Shown: in pieces, positions 1-8,757 of the stretch
Position numbering within the stretch: position 1 is the first letter of the stretch
Layout of the letters: each line of letters starts with the position of its first letter
Source: Bdellovibrio sp.
GTDB lineage: Bacteria > Bdellovibrionota > Bdellovibrionia > Bdellovibrionales > Bdellovibrionaceae
Assembly (NCBI GenBank): GCA_036676395.1
Contig: JAKFCY010000003.1
Location: 480,001 to 544,000, forward strand
Direction of reading: 5' to 3'
Length of the DNA stretch: 64,000 nt
Made by a program: the position numbers and the translations under genes
Notes under the pieces: generated by a model
Databases searched by the model: none
What the model was told of the DNA's origin: nothing
Seen by the model: only the letters and a program-made list of their open reading frames with translations

Positions 1-296
1 TCTCTGGGAAAAAGTCCGCGACGAGTTTCAATCCAGTGAAATTTATAAATCGGAGCTACGGGTAAAGCCATGACGCTATCAAAATCAAATATATCGCCAT
101 TTAAAATAAGCTCGATAGGTTGACCCTGAGATTTATTGTCGATTTCATCTAAGAATTCAATTAACGCCGGATCCATAAAAAATTCTTTGGTTTTAAATTT
201 TTTCCAAAGAGGATGGCGCACCTTAAATTTAGGGCGCGACGGTTCGGCATCCGTTAAATGAAGATCGCTGATAATAGCGGTGTACTTTAAACTCAC
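1..296 (-). CDS. Calcineurin-like metallophosphoesterase, N-terminal part (runs off the window edge; not in the ORF track)
   Basis: Manual translation from GTG at 296: VSLKYTAIISDLHLTDAEP...IELILNGDIFDFDS, containing the DxH and GDxxD metallophosphoesterase motifs. Confidence 0.8.
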   Translation of the reverse strand, partial: MSLKYTAIISDLHLTDAEPSRPKFKVRHPLWKKFKTKEFFMDPALIEFLDEIDNKSQGQPIELILNGDIFDFDSVMALPVAPIYKFHWIETRRGLFPR

Positions 297-345
297 AATG
301 ACATTGTTTCACGAGTCTGTTTTAATGTCTATACAGGTAGATTTT

Positions 346-1644
346 ATGTCGCAAAATAAATTAGAAAAATTTAAAAAACCGTTCGTTGTTGTAGGTCTGG
401 GTAAATCAGGTATGGCTGCAGTGCAGTTACTTAAAAATACCGGCTTAGCCGCCAGCGATGTTTTATTATTCGATGAAAAAAAAGAAAGCGACTTAAAATC
501 CTGGGACAATATCGCAAAATTGCCTGCGGGAACATTAGTTGTATCGCCCGGGGTTCCGCTTAAAGGGCCGCATATTCAAAAATTAGCAGCTCTTGGCTGG
601 GGTTTAACTTCAGAAATCACATTGGCTTGCCAGTATTTAACCGATGAAAAATTAATCGGCATTACCGGGTCAGTAGCTAAGAGTACTGTGACTTCTTTAG
701 TGGGCGCAGCCCTTTTAACCGATGATTCGAATGCATTTATTGGTGGTAATTTGGGTGTGCCGTTTTGCGAATATGCTGTGGGGTTACAACAGGGTAAAGC
801 AAAAGCTAAATATATCGTGCTTGAACTTTCAAGTTATCAATTAGAAAACTGCAAAGATTTAAAACTAGAAAATTCGGCCATCACCTATTTGTCAGCAAAT
901 CATTTAGAGCGTTATAGTTCTTCAGATGAATACTATATGACAAAATGTTTCATTGGTCAGATGACCAAAAACATTTGTGTTTTAAATTCAGCCTCTGAAG
1001 ATAATGTTAAATATGCACCGCGTGTACCATGTAAAACACTATTAACTGAAGCAAAAACTTTTTCACAACCCGAATTGCTAAAAAAAGTTAAACTTCTAGG
1101 TGCGCATAATAAAGATAATTTCAGCGTAGCTTATGAATTAGTTAAAGCTACGGGCTTATCTGAAAAAGCCATCAGGGCTATGTGTAAATTTACCGGGTTG
1201 TCTCATCGTATTGAATTTGTTGCTGAACATAAGCAGGTTTCATACATCAATGATAGTAAAGCCACAGCTATGGATTCAGTTTTGGTCGCCGTGCAAGCTG
1301 CGCAAGAAAAAGCCGGTAGTGCTGGTTTAGTCTATTCATTATTAGGCGGAAAAGATAAAAACCTTCCCTGGGAAGAACTAAAAGTCTTAGCCAAAGAAAA
1401 ACAAATTCTACCGGTCTTTTTTGGTGCTTGTGGTGAATTAGCCCGAGAAAAAATGCAGATGTTTGATCGCCCTTATTTTGCTAAATTAAACGATGCTCTG
1501 GATGCCGTGTTTAAGAAAACCAGAGCCCACGATGTAGTTTTATTAAGCCCGGGCGGAACAAGCTTAGATGAATTTAAAAATTTTGAAGAGCGCGGAAATT
1601 TCTTTAAAGAAAAAGTGAAAACCTTTATTCAGCAAAATGGCTAA
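346..1644 (+). CDS. murD: UDP-N-acetylmuramoyl-L-alanine--D-glutamate ligase
   Basis: GLGKSG, VVSPGVP, GGNLG, LELSSYQLE, NDSKAT, GGKDK, LLSPG..SLDEFKNFEERG motifs; start placed at ATG 346 (MSQNK). Confidence 0.93.
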   Translation: MSQNKLEKFKKPFVVVGLGKSGMAAVQLLKNTGLAASDVLLFDEKKESDLKSWDNIAKLPAGTLVVSPGVPLKGPHIQKLAALGWGLTSEITLACQYLTDEKLIGITGSVAKSTVTSLVGAALLTDDSNAFIGGNLGVPFCEYAVGLQQGKAKAKYIVLELSSYQLENCKDLKLENSAITYLSANHLERYSSSDEYYMTKCFIGQMTKNICVLNSASEDNVKYAPRVPCKTLLTEAKTFSQPELLKKVKLLGAHNKDNFSVAYELVKATGLSEKAIRAMCKFTGLSHRIEFVAEHKQVSYINDSKATAMDSVLVAVQAAQEKAGSAGLVYSLLGGKDKNLPWEELKVLAKEKQILPVFFGACGELAREKMQMFDRPYFAKLNDALDAVFKKTRAHDVVLLSPGGTSLDEFKNFEERGNFFKEKVKTFIQQNG

Positions 1645-3424
1645 CAAATAACACTGAAGGACGGCTATAGAATACCGTTGAGAAGCTTCTTTCAGTTTTT
1701 TGATCTTGTAAGATAAACTCTTGAATTCCTTGCTTAACATTAAATGCCACAAAACCACCACCGATAACTTGTTTTGGCACTAGGTTTCCAGCTTGGTCAA
1801 AAAATATGATATTCGCTGGATTATAAGTTTCATCAGTTAAGTTAACATCAAAGTAGTTATACGGCGTAAAGCCTACATAAGTCGAAGTTTCAGGTTCGAT
1901 TTGAATTTGCGTCTGGGCTTGTACGTATTCGATGAAGGCTTCTTTGATCTGTGGTAAGTGTAAATGATCTTTGTTTAAGCTTTGAATGTATACGTAAGCT
2001 GCGTAATCACGAATTAACGGGCGGTTTACAATTTCAGTTAAGCCGAATTGCGAATGATGGCGGTAACGAATCAAATCAGTTTCTATCGTCAGGATTTCTT
2101 TTTGCCCGGGAACAAATAACTCGGTCATGATTTGTTCGCCTGTTAAGGCATCAAAACTTCTGGCAATCACAGATGTTGGTAAGGCTGACGAGAAGATCTC
2201 TTGGTAAGACACTGTATCTTGCGCCACCAGGTATTGTTGTGTTCCTAAACGACGATCACCGATGAAAGCAGAGATCTCGTAAACACCTTCATTTAAACCA
2301 GGAATAATAAAGTAGCCGTTATCAGAAGATTGGTTTTGATTATGTTGCGGAATTAAAAATTGATCTAAGTAGTAAGGCTCTAAACCTGGCTGGTTTTCGA
2401 TCATCACTTGAGCACCTTGAACCGGTTTACCATCGACAAGTATCCGGCCGATGATAATTCCCGTTTCAGGCAAAAATTGAATTTGTAATTGTTCAGATAA
2501 GTAATCAACTGCGCCAGCAACCCATTTGCGCGAAAACAACACTGTATCACTACGATCAGCCGACGAACGCACTGTTAAGGTCGAAGCTACAGCTCCAGTA
2601 GTATCTTTGATGAATCCAAGCGTTGACGAATGTCGCGCGACATTGGGATAGACGTCAGTCGTTTTTTTTAGATCAAAGTGTCCCGAGAAAAAACTTGCTT
2701 GTAAGTTCTTATCAACTTTTCTTGAATCCACTGAGCGGGCATTAAAGGCAAAAGCTGAAGGCCGGCCTAATCTTAAAGTCGGACCTTCGAAAAACTGACC
2801 CGCACGTTTCAAGTTATAAATTTTTTGGCGGTCTTCACCAATTAATAAACCAGTGATATCTTTTACTTCAGCTACGATTTCACCTTCGAACGCACCAACA
2901 GCGATTTGGTATTGGCCGGCACGTAAATCAACTTGGCCCACTTCGATAGATTGACCTTCAAATACACGTTTTAAAACCACTAAGTGATCAACGATACCAA
3001 CGCCATCTTTTAATTCGAACTGGCCACGAATCACAGCGCCTTCAGACATTTGGGTGAAGGTCGGAGTTACCGAGCTTTGCGGTTGTTTTGTAAGCAGTAC
3101 TTGTAACTGACGGTCGGCTTCAGCATTTAATTCAGCTTTATCAATTTTAATTTCAGCAACTGAAGCAACAGCTGTTACTTCTTCAATGTTTTCTGTAGAA
3201 AGTTGCACAACACGGTTATGACTCGCTAATTCGCGTAACTGTTGTTGTTTAGCTAACTGAAGGTTTTTTTGAATGATTTGTGATTGTTGAAATAAATTGT
3301 AGGCAGGAGTATTGCGCTCTTGAGTAATTGTTAATGGTTTTGTGACCATCACAATATTAGATTTTTCTATTTTTGGAGAATAGAGAAATGTTAGAGGTAA
3401 AATAAAAGCCAGTAGATATGCCAT
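1625..3424 (-). CDS. Secreted/membrane-anchored protein with a carboxypeptidase-regulatory-like (prealbumin-fold) domain
   Basis: 599-aa ORF with hydrophobic N-terminus; IIGRILVDGKPVQGAQV...SSDNGYFIIPGLNEGVYEISA pattern. Confidence 0.6.
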   Translation of the reverse strand: MAYLLAFILPLTFLYSPKIEKSNIVMVTKPLTITQERNTPAYNLFQQSQIIQKNLQLAKQQQLRELASHNRVVQLSTENIEEVTAVASVAEIKIDKAELNAEADRQLQVLLTKQPQSSVTPTFTQMSEGAVIRGQFELKDGVGIVDHLVVLKRVFEGQSIEVGQVDLRAGQYQIAVGAFEGEIVAEVKDITGLLIGEDRQKIYNLKRAGQFFEGPTLRLGRPSAFAFNARSVDSRKVDKNLQASFFSGHFDLKKTTDVYPNVARHSSTLGFIKDTTGAVASTLTVRSSADRSDTVLFSRKWVAGAVDYLSEQLQIQFLPETGIIIGRILVDGKPVQGAQVMIENQPGLEPYYLDQFLIPQHNQNQSSDNGYFIIPGLNEGVYEISAFIGDRRLGTQQYLVAQDTVSYQEIFSSALPTSVIARSFDALTGEQIMTELFVPGQKEILTIETDLIRYRHHSQFGLTEIVNRPLIRDYAAYVYIQSLNKDHLHLPQIKEAFIEYVQAQTQIQIEPETSTYVGFTPYNYFDVNLTDETYNPANIIFFDQAGNLVPKQVIGGGFVAFNVKQGIQEFILQDQKTERSFSTVFYSRPSVLFVSHFAE

Positions 3425-3441
3425 GCCTACCTATAGGATAT

Positions 3442-3876
3442 TTAGAATACCTCTTCGGCGTCAATGGCTTGGTAAGTATCGAGACTTTTGTTAAGGGCGC
3501 GCTTGATCTCTAAAGCCCGCTTCTGGGTTAGACTTTCGTCGATTCCTAGGTCGACAAAGGTCATGGTTTCCAGATCCAGAGCCTCCTTAGAGACTTGCAC
3601 GCTAATTTCGTAAGGTCTGCGCGGGCCTAAGATCACAACTTTTGTGTAATAGCGCGCTTTAATTTTTTTACCTTCGTCTAGGTCTTCAAACTTGCGATTA
3701 TGATAGGTCGAGCTTAATTCGCGGCCGTTAAGGCTGATGATGCGCGGTTTTCCGATGATGGCCGTGATGGCTTTGCGCGTTTCAGGAACCGGAAGAGTCG
3801 AATCTTCAATGTAATAGGCTGTAGTTGTACAGCCCGATAAAAAAATTAGTAATAAAAACGCGCTAAATAATTTCAC
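3442..3876 (-). CDS. Hypothetical lipoprotein
   Basis: Signal peptide with lipobox LSGC. Confidence 0.75.
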   Translation of the reverse strand: MKLFSAFLLLIFLSGCTTTAYYIEDSTLPVPETRKAITAIIGKPRIISLNGRELSSTYHNRKFEDLDEGKKIKARYYTKVVILGPRRPYEISVQVSKEALDLETMTFVDLGIDESLTQKRALEIKRALNKSLDTYQAIDAEEVF

Positions 3877-3894
3877 TCTTTAATATAATAGTGA

Positions 3895-4533
3895 CTATTT
3901 TTTATTCCAGTCAGCTAAAAACATCTCAATGCCTTTAGAAGTTAACGGATGTCCAGTCATTTGCTGCATAACTTTAAATGGAATAGTCGCAATATCTGCA
4001 CCCATCATTGCCGCATGTTGGATATGCATCGGCGATCTAACCGAAGCCACTAAAACTTCAGTGTCAAAATCATATTGCTGATACATTTGGATAACGTCAG
4101 CGACCATGCTCATGCCATCAGTTCCAATATCATCAAGGCGACCCACGAATGGAGACACCATTGAAGCACCAGCTTTAGCCGCTAAAAGAGCCTGCACTAC
4201 AGAGAATACTAAAGTGACGTTAGTTTTGATTCCCATAGCTGTGAATTTTTTAACAGCTATCATGCCATCTTCACACATAGGAACTTTAACAACCACATTA
4301 TCAGCAAGTTTTGCTAACACTTGGCCTTCTTTAACCATTTCTTCAGCTTTAAGAGAAATAACTTCAGCTGAAACGGGGCCTGTCGTGATTTTACAAATTT
4401 CTTTGATCACTTCATGAAAATCGCGACCTGATTTTGCAATCAATGTTGGATTTGTCGTAACGCCGTCAACCCAACCGCGATCGTTAGCCATTTTAATTTC
4501 ATTTACATCAGCTGTATCAATAAAGAATTTCAT
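3895..4533 (-). CDS. tal: Transaldolase (small Fsa/TalC-type family)
   Basis: [26 protein letters not shown] (Glu) and SPFVGR (Phe) favour transaldolase over fructose-6-phosphate aldolase. Confidence 0.9.
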   Translation of the reverse strand: MKFFIDTADVNEIKMANDRGWVDGVTTNPTLIAKSGRDFHEVIKEICKITTGPVSAEVISLKAEEMVKEGQVLAKLADNVVVKVPMCEDGMIAVKKFTAMGIKTNVTLVFSVVQALLAAKAGASMVSPFVGRLDDIGTDGMSMVADVIQMYQQYDFDTEVLVASVRSPMHIQHAAMMGADIATIPFKVMQQMTGHPLTSKGIEMFLADWNKK

Positions 4534-4534
4534 T

Positions 4535-5293
4535 TTATTTTTTCCTTTTAGCAGTTGTTTTGCCGTCAGTCGGTTTAACAGAAGTCATTAAATCATCCAT
4601 AGAATATAAACCTGCAGGCTGTTTGACAATCCACAGTGCAGCTTTGAGTGCTCCTTCAGCAAACACCGTGCGATTTAAAGCATTGTGCTCAAGTTTAATC
4701 ATTTCACTTTGCGAAGCTGCTGTGATCGTATGAATGCCGAATACGCCACCTAAACGATGTCCGACTGCGGGAGCTATTTTTTTACCGACAGCTTTTTCTA
4801 AATCTTTGTGCAACGTCACGGCGGTGCCACTGGGATTATCTTTTTTCTGCGTGTGGTGAATTTCTTCTAAAGCAAAATCAAAATGAGAAACCGTTGAAAG
4901 AGTTTTAATGGCTTGGCGAACGGTCCACAGACCAACACTCATATTCGAAGCCCAAAAAACCGCAGTTTTTTTGCTAGAAGCTTCAACTTTACTAAATTGA
5001 TTATTTTCAAAACCAGTTGTTCCGCTGATTAATGGTTTTTTAGTTTGTTGAACGATAGGCAGTAATTGCAATAAACCTTCGGGGCGTGAAAAATCAATCC
5101 ACACATCAACTTGTTTTAAAGTTTTATCAGAAACTTTTTTTAAATCAGAAAAACTTAAATCAAAATCACCAGTGGGTTTTTTGCAAATTTCTACTAAGGC
5201 ATTAAAATCGCTATCGCTTCTTAACAGCTGGCGAATGGCCACGCCCATTTTGCCTGTCGAGCCCAATAAGCCGATTTGAATTTTTTTAGCCAT
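4535..5293 (-). CDS. dapB: 4-hydroxy-tetrahydrodipicolinate reductase
   Basis: [38 protein letters not shown]. Confidence 0.95.
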   Translation of the reverse strand: MAKKIQIGLLGSTGKMGVAIRQLLRSDSDFNALVEICKKPTGDFDLSFSDLKKVSDKTLKQVDVWIDFSRPEGLLQLLPIVQQTKKPLISGTTGFENNQFSKVEASSKKTAVFWASNMSVGLWTVRQAIKTLSTVSHFDFALEEIHHTQKKDNPSGTAVTLHKDLEKAVGKKIAPAVGHRLGGVFGIHTITAASQSEMIKLEHNALNRTVFAEGALKAALWIVKQPAGLYSMDDLMTSVKPTDGKTTAKRKK

Positions 5294-6189
5294 TATAATA
5301 ATCCTAAGCTTTCCATTTCAGCGGTAATTTCTTTATGAAATTTTTCATCAAGAGTCACAAGTGGTAATCGCATCTCAGGAGACTTAATTAAGCCTTTTCT
5401 AAAAAGCATCCACTTAAGCGGGATTGGATTGGCTTCACAGTACATTAAGCCGATTAATTTCAGATATTTTTTGAAATCAGTTTCTGCTTCAGAAACTTTT
5501 CCGCTCATCATTAAATCTGTCCAGCGCGTTGATTCTTTAGTGATGATATTCGACATCACTGAAATTACGCCTTTGCCACCAAGTTTTAAAAATTCGATGT
5601 AGGTTGGATCATCCCCTGAAAGCATTAAAAAGTTTTTCGGCACCCGATTCATTAATTCTTGGTCAAACTTAATATCACCAGTGGCTTCTTTAATACCTAA
5701 GATATTTCGTGTTTCAGAAAGTTCGGCTATAGTGTCTACCGTCATACCAGTGATCGTGCGACCCGGAACATTGTAAAGAATCACAGGTACTTCAGAATTT
5801 TTTGCGACGGCTTTAAAATGTTCAACTAAACCGCGTTGTGGCGGTTTGTTGTAATATGGAACTACGACTAAAGCCGCATTTGCACCCAACTCAGAAGCTT
5901 TTTTAGTCGCTTCTATTGTTTTTTCAGTTGAGTTAGAACCAGTTCCTAAAATTAACGGAAAGTTCATTCCAGCTTGAGCACGCACCATTGAAAAAATTTT
6001 AGTTACTTCAGTAGGTTTTAAAGTGGGGCTTTCTGCGGTAGTTCCGTTAATAACTAATCCTTTAATGCCATTATCAAGCTGGTAAGCAACTAACTTTTCT
6101 AAAGACGCGTAATCGACTTCACCATCGATAAATGGCGTAATTAAAGCTGAGATAGCTCCGTTAAAATCAGTTCGTCGTTGTTGTTGCAT
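5293..6189 (-). CDS. dapA: 4-hydroxy-tetrahydrodipicolinate synthase
   Basis: ALITPF, GTTAES, PYYNKP, LYNVPGRT, GIKEATGD, NPIPLK. Confidence 0.96.
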   Translation of the reverse strand: MQQQRRTDFNGAISALITPFIDGEVDYASLEKLVAYQLDNGIKGLVINGTTAESPTLKPTEVTKIFSMVRAQAGMNFPLILGTGSNSTEKTIEATKKASELGANAALVVVPYYNKPPQRGLVEHFKAVAKNSEVPVILYNVPGRTITGMTVDTIAELSETRNILGIKEATGDIKFDQELMNRVPKNFLMLSGDDPTYIEFLKLGGKGVISVMSNIITKESTRWTDLMMSGKVSEAETDFKKYLKLIGLMYCEANPIPLKWMLFRKGLIKSPEMRLPLVTLDEKFHKEITAEMESLGLL

Positions 6190-6943
6190 CGTAGTCTCCT
6201 AATTGGACAGCAGATCCGGTCATTAATGGATTTTTTAAATCAGAAAGATTCATTTTAAGCAAACCACCGGGCATTTCAACAAAAGTTTCATTCTGCCCGC
6301 GCTTGCTTAAATTATAATAAGCCGCAGCCATGGCACCTGTGCCACAGGCATCGGTGAAATCTTCAACACCGCGCTCGTAAGATACGGCTTTTAATTTATT
6401 AGCCGCTATATCTAGTAGAACCAAAGTTACATTAGTACCGCGGGGTTGAAAGTCTGCATGAAAACGTAAATCACGGCAGTAAGATTTTAGATCACGGTAT
6501 TTTGAAAAATCTGGAATCTCAATCACGATGTGTGGAACACCCGTATCGCACCAAAAATATTTTTCATGAGTAAATTTTTCGATCGCTGTCATTTTAACTT
6601 CAAAAAGTTCTTTATCTAAAATTTTAATATCAATCGGGCCAGCAATGGTTTGTAATTTTAAATGGTTACCATCAATGTGCATGATGTTTTTGGCGTAGTA
6701 CGCCACGCAACGGGTGGCGTTACCACACATTTCGGCCATCGAACCATCGTTATTATAAAAATCCCATTGCAAGTGGTGTTGATTTTCATCAAGCCACGAT
6801 AAGAAAATAAAACCATCGGTTTTAGTTGTTTCACAAACGGCACGCACAAATTTTGGACGATCAGAAATGCCTTTCGCTTCAGGAGAATCCCAAGTGACTG
6901 AAAAAGTATTGCCGGCTCCAGATAGTTGATGCGTATGAATCAT
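6167..6943 (-). CDS. dapF: Diaminopimelate epimerase
   Basis: GAGNTF, NNDGSMAEMCGNATRC, GVPH, ERGVE..T.ACGTGA. Confidence 0.93.
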   Translation of the reverse strand: MIHTHQLSGAGNTFSVTWDSPEAKGISDRPKFVRAVCETTKTDGFIFLSWLDENQHHLQWDFYNNDGSMAEMCGNATRCVAYYAKNIMHIDGNHLKLQTIAGPIDIKILDKELFEVKMTAIEKFTHEKYFWCDTGVPHIVIEIPDFSKYRDLKSYCRDLRFHADFQPRGTNVTLVLLDIAANKLKAVSYERGVEDFTDACGTGAMAAAYYNLSKRGQNETFVEMPGGLLKMNLSDLKNPLMTGSAVQLGDYDATTTTN

Positions 6944-6947
6944 AGGA

Positions 6948-7124
6948 TTACTTTTTTTTCTTTTTTACAGGCAAAGTTTTTAAAGGTACCGTTTCTGAGA
7001 CCGTTTTAGTTTTTTCAGCCTCAACACTTGGTAACGGCGCTTCAGGAATCGGCGGTAAAGGTTTACCTTTAATGCCACAGGCGCTTAAAGATAAAATAAA
7101 GAGTAAAGCTAACAACGATTTCAT
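6948..7124 (-). CDS. lptM: 58-aa LptM/YifL/LppL-type small lipoprotein (below the ORF-track cutoff)
   Basis: Manual translation MKSLLALLFILSLSACGIKGKPLPPIPEAPLPSVEAEKTKTVSETVPLKTLPVKKKKK; lipobox LSAC followed by GxKGxPL; ATGA overlap with the upstream gene; directly upstream of dapF. Confidence 0.75.
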   Translation of the reverse strand: MKSLLALLFILSLSACGIKGKPLPPIPEAPLPSVEAEKTKTVSETVPLKTLPVKKKKK

Positions 7125-8011
7125 TTTAAAGTCCTTCTACAGAAATCAATATCGAAAAAATATTTGCGCGCAATTTCAGGAGAAACTGCTTCGCATTTTT
7201 TTTTATAAATTGTAACTACGTTTAATAAATTCTCAATTGAGTCTTCGCCGTAAGTATGACGATGCAATTGGGCGCGCATTAAAATCACATCGATATAATC
7301 AGGAGCTATCTGATGTAAGCGATCAAGGGATTCTTTCGCTAATAGATAATTTTTTGCCAAAATAGAACGATCGAATTCTAAGATCGCTGCCAATAATTGC
7401 GCATCATACAGTTCGTTTTTTCCGTTAGCATCAAATTGCAAATTAATAAAATCATCCTGAGTTTTATCTAACGACAGAATGAGTGGTCTAAGTTCTGGAA
7501 CATCAAGAGCTGTGGTTTTCATTTTTTCTAAAAATAATGAATAGCGGCTGTTGTTCTTATTATTAGCTTTAGCTTCAGCCCATAGACACATAAATTGATC
7601 AGGATCAATCGACAGACATTTCTGAGTATTTTTTAAAGAGACTTTAGCTTCGTTTAAGTACTGACTTGAAGCCAGTTCAAAAAAATCCTGAGCTTCTGAG
7701 GATAAAAAAGAACTCATCACAACTAATTTTAACTGGCTGATTTTTTTCTGTAATTCAGGAACCAAATTTGTGCGGTTTAAATCCTGGATGATATCTAAAG
7801 CTTGTGGCCGTTGTTTTAATAATAACAACGTCGTGATCTTCTTTTTCGCTTCATCAATTCTTTGTTCTTGGGTTTTAAGCTGCGCTTTAAGAACAGCAGG
7901 CTTGTTGGAAACAGCTCCCCAAGCAGATTGATTAAGCCCTAAAATAGAAAAAGCCGCGATGAACGCGGCAATTTTCAATGTATGGTCAAGAAATTGAAAA
8001 GAAATCGACAT
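7121..8011 (-). CDS. Helical, TPR-like exported hypothetical protein
   Basis: 296-aa ORF with N-terminal hydrophobic segment and TPR-like helices (AKESLDRLHQIAPDY). Confidence 0.55.
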   Translation of the reverse strand: MSISFQFLDHTLKIAAFIAAFSILGLNQSAWGAVSNKPAVLKAQLKTQEQRIDEAKKKITTLLLLKQRPQALDIIQDLNRTNLVPELQKKISQLKLVVMSSFLSSEAQDFFELASSQYLNEAKVSLKNTQKCLSIDPDQFMCLWAEAKANNKNNSRYSLFLEKMKTTALDVPELRPLILSLDKTQDDFINLQFDANGKNELYDAQLLAAILEFDRSILAKNYLLAKESLDRLHQIAPDYIDVILMRAQLHRHTYGEDSIENLLNVVTIYKKKCEAVSPEIARKYFFDIDFCRRTLK

Positions 8012-8583
8012 TAATTCTTTTTAAATGAAGTTAACTCGATTGTCACCTTTCCAAGTGGGCTGTCGCTCATAGACTTAGCCATACCGTTAACTGGGATATC
8101 GCGGCCGTTAACCCATTGCTCAGTGATTTGAGCGTTGTTACCGTTATCTTGGATTTTGATGTACATAGTTTTGAAAGTTCCTGCTGGAACAGTCACTTGT
8201 GCTTCTTTTTGATCGATAATTTCGTAGTTGGCTACAGGAACAGCTTGTTCTTTACCATCAACTAGCATTTTTTTAGTTTCGCCAGTGTTCATATCGATTA
8301 AAGCTTCAACTTTTTGCTTTTGGATCAATAAATTGATGTCTTGAACTAACCAAGCTTCAGTTCTGTCAGCGTTAATTTCGCGTACGAACATTTTCATAGT
8401 TCCAGGAATGAATCCCATAGATAATTTGTAGTTATTTTCATCGCCTACATTCCAAGGTAAACCCATTGCAACAACGTCTTGCATAACAGCTTGTTGGCTG
8501 GCGAAAATGATGTGTGCAGGTGTGTTAGCTTGAGCAACAGCTGATAAAGCTAAAACGGCAGTAACGATTAATGATTTAAACAT
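8011..8583 (-). CDS. Secreted hypothetical protein
   Basis: Sec signal (AQA); SD aggagg; VTVPAGTFKT motif seen in DUF3108-like beta proteins. Confidence 0.7.
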   Translation of the reverse strand: MFKSLIVTAVLALSAVAQANTPAHIIFASQQAVMQDVVAMGLPWNVGDENNYKLSMGFIPGTMKMFVREINADRTEAWLVQDINLLIQKQKVEALIDMNTGETKKMLVDGKEQAVPVANYEIIDQKEAQVTVPAGTFKTMYIKIQDNGNNAQITEQWVNGRDIPVNGMAKSMSDSPLGKVTIELTSFKKN

Positions 8584-8703
8584 AGATCCTCCTAAGTGAT
8601 TTGTTTGTTTCGATAGAGGTAATCACACCACGAAGGCTCTGTAGTTTACAAAAATATTGTTTGTTTTTATGCGCGGGGTTAACGATTTAAGATTGGATTT
8701 CAG

Positions 8704-8740
8704 AATCTGATCTCGAACCTATTCGATTCAAGATCAGATT
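8704..8740. terminator. Stem-loop just downstream of ftsK
   Basis: aatctgatct...agatcagatt 10-bp inverted repeat with an inner tcgaa/ttcga stem. Confidence 0.45.
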
Positions 8741-8757
8741 TTCATTTGACTGACTAA

